This document shows positions 54,001 to 64,000 of a stretch of 64,000 nt of DNA, piece by piece; within the stretch, counting starts at the first letter, position 1, and every line of letters begins with the position of its first letter. Both the position numbers and the translations under genes were made by a program. Under the pieces are notes generated by a model. The model saw only the letters and a program-made list of their open reading frames with translations, did not search any database and was not told the origin of the DNA. Source of the stretch: Lingula anatina (lineage: Eukaryota > Animalia > Brachiopoda); the NCBI GenBank assembly GCA_051362555.1, contig CM120647.1, positions 16,778,651-16,842,650 on the forward strand, written 5' to 3'.

Positions 54001-54057
54001 GTAACATTCTCCGTGGCGCTGCTTGCCTTCGTCAAAATTAATTCCACCATCAGGCAT
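51001..54057 (-). pseudogene. DEG/ENaC paralog B with two premature TAG stops in exon 1; exons 54057-53500, 53320-53236, 52824-52712, 52440-52342, 51959-51865, 51460-51001
   Basis: Same six-exon structure and phases as channel A. In-frame TAG at 53838-53836 (aligned to Ser) and 53583-53581 (aligned to Trp). The rest is open and contains FPTVTVCN, GLCHQFN, LPAPYGNC and FADIGGALGLVLGSTLITFAE. Confidence 0.85.
53160..53224. repeat. (TAATA)n microsatellite in an intron of channel B
   Basis: Direct reading of the sequence. Confidence 0.9.
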
Positions 54058-54968
54058 TGTAAGCTTATATTTGGTCAAGTTACATGAAAATGATTAGACG
54101 AATGTCTGGTACTTTTTTCTGAACTACACAAGTAAAAATAATTACGTTATTATTACATTATCCCATTCGTTATATAGCAACAAATGATATTCTATTGTCT
54201 ACAAAAAATTGCAGTTGGTTTCCCAGGTAAGTGTTTGCTTTGTGAGACAAAGAACAGATGCGTCCATAATACTAGCGCTTATCACAGGAAATTGATACTG
54301 CTTAAACAAGACAGGGATTTCGAAAGCAGGGGATTCGTTTTCGGAAAAACAGAGGCAACGGTAATCAAACTTTCTTGGTGTAATGGCTTTTACTCGTCCA
54401 GTGCCGTATGATGGTATTCAATGAGCAAAGAACGGGGATGCCTCCTCTCACAGTAACTGTAAGAGGATCAGTGGAATCCCCTTAGTATCATTTTCATGGA
54501 TATTGGCATTGGACAACTATTCTGTGGTCTGAAGCACTGTTGACTTTGCTGTGATGAATCAACTAGTGTTGGTGATCGATTTAGAGATCGATATCATACA
54601 TTGGTTACCAAGTTACCAACGGAACCTTTGAACATAATTCGTGTGTGAATAACAAATGGTCTGCGGTAAAAATTAGTTTGGTGAAATATATATTACAGAT
54701 ATTTGGGGCTAAAAAGTAATTCAAACTGCCATTATATATGAAACTATCTGCAACACTTAAACTTCAAGAACTGATTACTAGAGAAGACGAATTAAATAAA
54801 AATTAAGAAGACAAGACAAATACTAAATGGGAAAGCGAGATGAAACATCAAGTGCATATAACAAGATATTCACTATATTCACTGAGACAATTACTATACA
54901 GATAATCAAAGTAACACAACATATTGAATTTAACATTAAGAAACATATCCAATATAGCACGTTTTAAC

Positions 54969-55192
54969 TTAAAAGTCAACTTCGTGCAACCAAGGCAAGG
55001 ATGGGAACAGTTCTCTGAAGGTCGCCCTATAGAGATTTTGAGCGAGATACGTCCGCCGGTTGCCGCTGTCTGGGTCTGGCACCACGTTGGGGTACAGCAC
55101 GAATAAAGATGGGAAGAAATCCCGAACCAGACCTTGGTAGAACAGAATAGTCCCGTTCACAAGGGGCGTGTTCTGCGGAGGACACCTGGAAC
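54969..55192 (-). other. Candidate orphan terminal coding exon of an unidentified gene
   Basis: GC-rich island with acceptor cattgtag|GT and an open frame SRCPPQNTPLVNGTILFYQGLVRDFFPSLF...PWLHEVDF*. No recognisable family. Confidence 0.35.
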
Positions 55193-55566
55193 CTACAATG
55201 TATGTTAAACTACTATAGCGAATACACTATTGGATCTTTGTTATAATAATAATAATTATAAATAAACATGGTAAATACCACTAAAAAATTCACCTGAAAG
55301 ATTGCTACTACTGCTACTACTACTACTACTACTTACATGGTACATTTCACTAAAAGATCGACATGAAGAATTACGATCGCTTTTCTATACTGCTCCTCGA
55401 GTCGAAACCCATGTATTCTATTTATATCACTAAAATATCAGACTCTGCTGTGATGTGAATATTCATTACAACTTACTTTATTATTGTCAGAGTCAAATGT
55501 AAATGTTGTTGACTTTGATGTTTAACTCAAACTAACGTCCAGAACTAAAGCAACTGAATCATAAGA

Positions 55567-55654
55567 ATGCGGTGGGTTCTCCTGATTGTGGTAGGTGTGC
55601 TGTGGATTGTGATCAATGTGTTAATATGTGTGAAGAAAGAAGTATTAGATAAAG
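55567..55654 (+). pseudogene. Orphan DUF1647-type first coding exon (its exon 2 deleted)
   Basis: Encodes MRWVLLIVVGVLWIVINVLICVKKEVLDK with an intact AAAG|gtatgc donor. By ~55800 the sequence has switched to one matching ~39730-39990 (downstream region). Confidence 0.75.
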
Positions 55655-57042
55655 GTATGCCTACTCTACTCATTGTGAATAATAGCAGTAACAACAACAA
55701 CAAAAATTATTATGATGATAATGATAATGACCCCCTCCCTCTCTTCCTTATCACCAGTGGTGTTCTATATCAATATATGTACAATTCCCCCATATTGCCG
55801 TGCAATATTCTAGTTTTCTTTCTATCAAATACTCAAATAAGCACTGTACATATACGAGCTAAGACACAAGGCAATTACCTTTCTTTCTATTCTTTCTAGT
55901 CCTTACATGTACAAGTTATTAGTTTCACTTTTATGTACCATGTGGGATATCACGATATACAAGAAAATAGAATTTTATTTTATTGTTTGAACACTATTTG
56001 GTTCAAAACATAAAAGTTGGTGAAATTTTATCCCCCCCCCCCCAAAAAAAAAAAAAAAAAAAAAGATGAATCGAGGCACCGACCTGAATTTGCTGGTCCA
56101 TGTGAAGTCAAAACATTATTTTCTTTTGTTCTTCGCTACTAATGATTCGAAGAAAAAAAAATTGAAAAATGAAAAAAAAATAGAACACAGATATAATCGA
56201 CTGCTTTCATGGCCACGTTTAGTGTCAGGGGAAGAAGGACGTGACAGAAGTACAGGTCATCGATCATTTTGCAAAAAAAAAAAAAGGTTTTCATGTACGG
56301 TGTCAACAAAAGGTGTATCATACCATTACTAACAAATGAAAACCGTTAGTGCAAGAATGTATTTTACAGGAGGTTATACAGTGTTCCCCAGGAGGATTCT
56401 AGAGCTCAAGTCGTAAAATATATATAAACAAAACTACGACAGTTTGACAAGATCAAGATTGCCGTCAATGGTGAACTTTGAAATATAAATCAAGAGAATA
56501 TGCCAAGCCTGCAAACACTTCTTGAATGACATTTTCTACTAAATGGCTTCACCAGTCGTGTACTCTGAATATTTGTTATGCACGCCTAGATTTGAAAAAA
56601 AAAATGTAACTTTTCAATAAAGAAAGATCAACTGTGAATTTTGTTTCGAGTTTTGTTTGGTTTTTGTGACAATAACTTGTTACCTTACAAACATCTCAAA
56701 AAGTTTGTTCTTATAACATTTTAGTTTTAACCTAAGGCGCTATGGGCAATAGCAACATGTACAAGAAAGTGAAACTTAATTGAATTTTAATGAAAACTTC
56801 TTGATTCAAAACAATGTAAAAGTTGGTGACATTTTTATCAACAATAAACCTAGGGTCGGATGGAGGTGGTCTTCTTGTTCTAACGTAATATCCTCATTTG
56901 ACAGCACAGTAGTTTTTTTCAATCACCAACGTACCAGTATTATCCTTCTCGCATTTGATCGATTATTGCCAGATCCCATATTTGATTACCTCACGTTTTA
57001 TACCAAATAAGGGACAAAGCGTCATGGTAGCCAATCACGTGC

Positions 57043-57185
57043 TCACACGTCATCAGGCCCACAAAGTAGGTGGAGCGAAGGTAATGCAGTTCTTTATGCT
57101 AAAAACAGTGCATTTCTACATGCACTCATGTATACATGTTTACATGTATACCGAGGTTCAGGTGTCGCAGGATTATCCTTTAGTA
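57043..57185 (-). pseudogene. Decayed copy of the D8C/D10C terminal exon
   Basis: Homologous to 40168-40395 with further deletions. Adjacent (TG)n(AG)n present. Confidence 0.75.
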
Positions 57186-57275
57186 CTGGGGAAGATATAG
57201 AAATTGTTGTCTCTCTCTCTGCCTTTCTTTCTCACAACTCCCATCGTTTTATGTGTGTGTGTGTGTGTGTGTGTA

Positions 57276-57335
<60 letters not shown>

Positions 57336-60006
57336 GAGAGAGAAAGAGTTCTGCCTTTCATTTTATTTCCAGGTAGAAAAGATTAACCTAAAAAGAACAA
57401 AGACAATTTAAGCGTTAGAATTTGCTTAATAAACCAATAAACAGTCTCTTTACATCAAGACCTCACCTGTGATTGTGATAGAGATATGACAACCTTTATA
57501 TCCATACTCATTCCCTTATATTCCACTTCAGTCAAATAACTATTTACATAAAATATTAAAATACTATTGGGCTGAATCACGTCCAAGTTTGGAAGGCTAC
57601 AATTTACAACACACACACACACACCCACACACACACGCACAAAGAGAGAGAGGGGGTAGTGAGACATCATTTTAACTTACAGACACACAAAATATGCATG
57701 TTATTATATGAAAAATTTGTGTGTGACTAAGTTGTTGCCTTTGTATTTTGTCGTTAGTTAATACGACACCGTTATAATCTTTTACATTATTTATTAACTA
57801 CATCCTAGTTGTTTCCCGCGCCGCTTTGTTTCCAGTTCTATCTCTAACTTATGGTGTCTCTAGCGGCCTTCTCCTTCGTTGGCTGTCAATCACTAAGGTT
57901 ACATGTGAAAGGTTTTGTTTATAACATATTTCCATTTTTTCGAAAAGATACAATAAGTGGTTGCAAAACGTAACGACAACCTGATTACTGCACCTTTCGA
58001 ATGGAATATGCACTATGAACCAATTTCATCTTACTTGAATATTTAAATGCATAAATGGCTTTCCATTATTATATTAATCCCATACGACAGATGCCAAAGG
58101 CAGATCTAGAAGAGTATGTTTTGGGGGTGCAAATCGTATAACCCGCATATTATGTACGTCTGATGTGTTCATTGTATTAAGATAATAAAACATACATGAA
58201 TACATAGACTTGTTTCACAGTAAGAATTAAGCAATATAGTGTACTGGTCATCTCAACACTGCCATGTGTACCGAACTTGTATATGAAATTCCCTCTTAAG
58301 AGAAAAGAACAAGTAGTTAGGCTACAAAATAAGCAATGGCATATGACATTTTAAACTTTATGTACCTAAAAGCGACCCGAGGATTCCAAGACTTGATCTC
58401 TCAGACTTAACAACATTGTATTGCATAAAGAAAAGCAGAGAGCAGAAAACACAGAGACAAGTAAAACACTCCGCAGTAGGTTATTATGTCGACCGGCCAT
58501 AGTTTCATTGGTCAAAAACCGTTTCCACATATTCTGAAGTCCACAACCTCGCAACTCCGTCTTCTTCATTCTGTAATGTAAACTTCTATACAGTCTTCTT
58601 ATAAATAGATTAGTAGGTATTTGTCAAGCTATTTTGTGGAACTCACAGTCTTGTTAATCGCTCTTAATTACCGGGTAGATGGTCAATTATTTTTAATTTT
58701 AATTCATTTAATCTCTTAAAAGAGATACACATGGGGGCCTCCAGGTGTCGTGAACGATATTAAACCTGACTGCATTATAAAATACTGAAGACCTGCCGGA
58801 CGCGACGCTAAGGCTGGGTCCTTGCACAAATCGTGAATCATCTTCAAGTATGAGCTTTATATTAATATAAGCAAGTTATCCAGAACTATATAAAATTAAA
58901 AATACATCAAAAGATCTTTAGTTGATAGAATGCATAAATCTTTTGCTGACTCTTTAGAATTCTTAAGAGGCCGGCTTGTTTATGTTTAAAAACTCACCGA
59001 GATGTCTTTTCATATCAGTGAAAAAGTGCTATATTATATTTCATTTAAAAGATTACCTTTCTTGGCACAGAAACAGTGTCGTTTTTGCAGGACTGCGCAT
59101 GCCCCAAGCTCCAATCTTACCCGCATCATATTTAAAATCAAACAGCAATCACAAACATACTTGTAATCATTGGAAAGATAAAGGTAAGATTACCATATCT
59201 TTCTCGTATATCATTATCTTTAACATGTTTTTTCGTAGCAACATGCACACTGCCGTTCTGGAGGTACATGTAAATACATGGTGCAATGTTTTTTTCTCTT
59301 TTCATTTAATTATATAATTTTGTCATTTATGTTTTAATGTAATTTGCGAGAAATTTGAAGAAGGAAAAATCATATATGGGGCGTGCATGTATGTAGTTTT
59401 TTTATCGACTTTTTCACTGAATATTAAAAAAGGGGTGGGGGTGGGCCTGAAAATACACATACTTTACAAATTAGGTTCCTTACAAAATGTATAGATACGG
59501 TAAAAAATTAATGTAGATGTAAAATTGAGACAGCCGTAGTTTTTTGTTTTATTCACCTATACATGTATGTTTTTAAAACGTATACAACTTCGGATTAATT
59601 CAATTTTCCTTTTCGAACATGTTCGAGCTAATTCGAGCATGTGAAATGTACCTCTATATTGGGTTTGGATGTTATGTCAGATTAGTGCTGCTACGACCGA
59701 CCAAATACCAGCAAATAGTTTGAAATAGGAAAATTAAATTGTGCTTAGAGATAATTATGTGTGAAGCAGTGGTGTCTCATATGCTTAGCAATCCATCATG
59801 TCTTGGTCATGTTTAAGTCAATAGAGGTGTTATGTCGGACATGACAAAGCATCAAGCAACAAATCGTAGTCCCAAAAGAGGTGCCACTGGACATGTTTTC
59901 CATGTGCTCAGGTTATAGGCTATATGCTTACTTGTATTTTGTCTTCCTTTTATTTCAAGGTTACAAAGATTAGCTGAAACGGAACAAAACCAACTGAATC
60001 ATAAGA

Positions 60007-62829
60007 ATGCGGTGTCGGTGGGTTCTCCTGATTTTGGTAGGTGTGCCGTGGATTGTGATCAACGTGTTGATAGATGTGAAGAAAAAGGTATTAGATAAAG
60101 GTAAGCCTACTCTACCCATTGCGAATAATAGCAATAACAACAACAAAAACAAAAATAATAATGACGATGATGATAATGCCACCCCCTCCCTCTCTCCCTT
60201 ATCGCCATGCAGTGGTGTAATATACAACATTGGTCAAAAAGGTTGTCCCACCCTCGTTTCTATGTACTTTTATTTACAAATGATCACCTCACAGATGTAA
60301 TTTGTTATAAACGGTGCCTTTTATTCCAGATACCATTTCTAACACGATTAATTAAAAAAAAAAAACAAAACAGTGGTGAAAATATGTACATTTATACCAT
60401 TTAGTCAAATTTATAACAGGTACCCCCTCAAATCCAATGTTTCACTGTGATTTCTACAGATGTAAAGAAATGTCTATTAAATTGAAAAGACGCCACCAAA
60501 TGTCACCAAATTTACACACAATTAGCATTAGGGTGTGCTCATTAAAGGTCAAGTGCCTAATAGCGAGTGCGACTACCGTGTACTGCAATTATCTCCTGTA
60601 GATAAGCTCGACAAGCCTTCAACACGGGTAACCATTCTGTTTGGTTTTATATTGTCCCAGTCATATTAAAGAGACGGAATTGGTCGAGATTAGTTGGGAA
60701 TTGGTTCTCCTCTGCAATGATCATTCCAATTAATGCCACAGGTGCTCAATAGGATAAATATTAGGACTCAAAGACTGTTTTCCCATACTCAGAGCCTTGT
60801 GTTTCTGCCACAAATCGCTTGCCAGACGAGAACTGTGAGCATTCCTGAAGTCACCCTTTGTAAATGTAGTTAGCTATCTGTTGAGAATGTTACAGTAAAA
60901 TGCCCAAGTTACGTTTTGTTCCAAAAGGAACAATGTACTAATACCATGGGCTTGGAATGTTCTCCAGGTGCGGACTGATCTAACTGCACACACCCTTCCA
61001 AGAGGCATTTTTCAACATGTCTGTGGACCCTCATTTGACCATCGATGAGATACAAGAAATAACTTGATTCTGCATCAAGTGATGGATATCTACGATCAGA
61101 TGCTTGTGGGATCAATGAACGTAGCATTCTTAGCAGATATCTCACTCCATCTTCAAGAACTGACTTATGGGTAAACTCAAGGCTTCATCATGACGGCAAA
61201 CTTGCTCACACTTCTCGCCTGGCAAGTGATTTGTTGTAGAAACACAATGCTTTAAGGATGTACCCACCATCTTTGATCCCTGATATTAACCTTACTAATC
61301 AACTGTGACATTAATTAAAGTGTGAATTGCAGAGGAGACCCAATTCCATAAAAGCGTGGACCATATCGCCCAAATTGTTTAATAAGAATGGGACAATATC
61401 TCACAAAACAGAACTGTTACCCGTGCTGAAGGCTTGGCGCGCCATCTACAGGAGATAATTGCAGTACGTGGTACATGTAGCCGCACTCACTATTAGGCAC
61501 GTGACTTTTAACGAGCACACCCTATGCTAATTGTGTGTAAATTTGGTGACATTTGATGGCGTCTTTTGAATTTAATAGACATTTCTTTACATCTGTTGAA
61601 ATCACAGTGAAATATTGGATTTGAAGGGGTACCTGTTATAAAATTTACTTAGTGGTATAAAATTTGTATACTTTCACCACTATTTTATATTTTTTGAACC
61701 CTTAATCGTGTTAGACACGATATCTGGAATACAAAGCACTTTTTCTAACAATTTACAGCTGTAAATTGATCATTTGTAAATAAAAGTAAATGGAAATGGG
61801 GGTGGGACAACCTTTTTGACCAATGTTGTACTGTATATTCACTTTCCCCCATTTGGTGATCTGCAAATTAGCCGGTACATACGAGATACTTTTTGTTTCT
61901 CTAATACCAACGTATAGCTATTGTGTACACGCAACTTAGGCAAATCTAATAATCTGTTTAGAGGTAACAGTTGGCACATATACGTCATGAGAAATAAGGC
62001 ACCCATGTGGATTTTTTCAGACTTGCAGACAGAGACAAAGCCTAAAGGACCTGTTGCAAGGGGTAAACTTATTGAAATCAACAACTTTACAATCGTCACA
62101 GGCGCCAATCACGTATTTTCCCCGGCTCTCGTTAACCACGTGGGGTCATTCTGTTTCTGGGAACCAACTCTCAAAATCGTGGTGTGGGACCTCGGTTTGA
62201 CCGCCAGAGAGGCAGAGACTGTGAAAAGCTGGTCCAGCGTGACGTATAGGAGGTTCCCCTTTGAAAGGTACCCCCCTCACTTTCGCAACCTGCACACGTA
62301 CGCTTTCAAACCGGTCATTATTAAACAAATGGTCGATGAACTCGGGGCAGTGCTTTGGGTGGACGCTGGCAGTCACATTAGTGGAAGAATGAAAGAAATA
62401 ATAATTTCTCTCTTTCAAAAAGATGGTTATGTTTATTCCGGCTTACGTGGAAATGGTGCGGTGACAAAATTAACTCATCCTGGAACGTTCACATATTTTA
62501 ACATCACAATAGGACCCTACGTTGGAAAGGGGTCTATCAGTGGAAATCTAAACGGCTGGCTTAGACAAGGGGATATCTATGAGGAAATACTGGTTCCATG
62601 GGCAAATTGTGCGTTACACGAAAATTGTATCTCTCCAGTTGGATCCAGTTTGGGAAACAACAGAAACGATCAAACAGCCCTTTCTTTGTTGGGATACAGT
62701 TACATGTTTAGACATAACAAAACCTTACATCTTCGTACATATTTATTAGATATTGTTAATCCACCTAGAGGACACAATCGAGCCTATATAAATTATGCAC
62801 AGGGATGTAATATTTCGTGGATAACGTAA
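60007..62829 (+). CDS. DUF1647-like protein, copy 7, type A; exons 60007-60100 + 62021-62829, ~300 aa
   Basis: Donor AAAG|gtaagc and acceptor ttttttcag|AC. The frame is open but has a 3-nt deletion (HKYF>HVF) and RYDQ>RNDQ. Confidence 0.8.
60223..61833. mobile_element. Palindromic Tc1 fold-back element in the intron of copy 7
   Basis: Homologous to 910-2574, with small indels. Confidence 0.8.
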
Positions 62830-63043
62830 CTGGATCAACATGATCATTCTAGTGGGGAAAATATTGGAAACATTTTATATGATGTAATCTTGGTGAGATG
62901 AGTTTTAAAGCAATTCTTTAAGATGGATACACTCCCAGAGGTTCAATATTACAAATGTATTGGCTTTTTACAATACTTGCTTTCCTACGCTAGACACTTA
63001 TCAAGGGCCGATTTTCAATTTAAATATATATATATATATATAT

Positions 63044-64000
63044 ATATATGGGGACAAAAGTATTGCACAATTTTTCTTCAAGGGGAACAACAGATGTATA
63101 TATATTTTTTTCAATTGCTATTTTATTGAAAACTGATTGCGTCAAGTGAGTATCTTTATCTTAAGTGTACAGAACAGTGCATTGCCCTTACATAGCACAT
63201 GCTATTATATCAGAATTGATATTTTGTAGGATAGCCACGTGACCTCAATATGGCCACCATCCTTCTAGGCATAGACTGATAAAGGTTCATTAATCTTCTG
63301 GGGGCTATGTTGGCCCAGGCCCTGAATACACTTTGGATTAGGGCGTTTCTGTTAAATCCTTTGCCATCTCATTTCCAATATCTTGCCATATGTTTTCAAT
63401 AGGGCTTGCGTCTGGCGGTTGGGCAGGCCATTTCACCCTGTTGAAACCGTGCTGGTAACGCCTCTCTTGCACTGCCCTTGCCCTGTGTGGTGTAGCGTTA
63501 TCATCTTGAATTATTGTCCGACGGTTCCTGTCCCCAAAGATATTTTCTACCAATGCTAAAAGGTGTTGGTCGAGAATTTCAGTGTATCGCTGGTCATTCA
63601 AGTTTCCATTTATCAACACAAGCTCATCAATACCGTAGAAACCAGTGCACTCAAACCATTATTGAAGTGGATTGTCTAGCGAGGAAATGCATATTCTCTG
63701 ACAGATGACAAGTGGGTAATGCTGTCCAAAGCCTCACTTGCCCAGCCACGTTGTGAACTGTGAATATGGACCAGTCAGAAAAAAACAAAATGGCGCCAAT
63801 TCTGACCCACTGTCCAGGCAATGTTTCTTGCAGCCCATGACACTCTTCTGCGTCTGTTTACCAAGGTGATTAGTGGCTTCCTCTCGGCAACCCTGCTGTG
63901 CATACCTGAAACATTGAGCCATTGTACAGTTCTTTTGCTAACATCAACCTGCAAAGTGCGCGACCACTGCAAAGCTTATATCCTGCGCGGCTCAAACCTC
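63044..64000 (-). mobile_element. Degenerate Tc1 (DD34E) transposon, runs off the window edge
   Basis: QDDNATPHRARAVQERRYQHGFNRVKWPAQPPDASPIENIW (D-34-E). Homologous to 3772-4715. Confidence 0.85.

Overview
AT-rich, intron-containing animal (invertebrate-like) genomic DNA, not prokaryotic. It has three main components. (1) A + strand tandem array of DUF1647-like genes with two coding exons: a hydrophobic signal/anchor exon joined by a phase-1 intron to one ~270-codon catalytic-type exon. Six copies have intact frames (694-3573, 10250-11518, 18301-19379, 25539-26620, 35390-38269, 60007-62829), one has a premature stop (28727-30624), and there are two 3' fragments and one orphan first exon. (2) A non-array island (~39.7-55.5 kb) on the - strand. 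It holds a three-exon secreted stand-alone UMOD/GP2-type D8C/D10C protein gene that the ORF track mostly misses, an intact six-exon DEG/ENaC channel gene, and a paralogous DEG/ENaC pseudogene. Both channels have LG in place of the HG motif and GST in place of the GAS filter. (3) Many DNA-transposon relics: Tc1 DD34E remnants, a palindromic Tc1 fold-back in three introns, Harbinger-type and TTAA-type non-autonomous elements, plus microsatellites. Decayed copies of the D10C terminal exon occur in several array units, so the amplified unit appears to have been a convergent DUF1647/D10C cassette. Exon models were derived by hand from splice signals and reading phase. Family assignments rest on motif recognition, not database searches.
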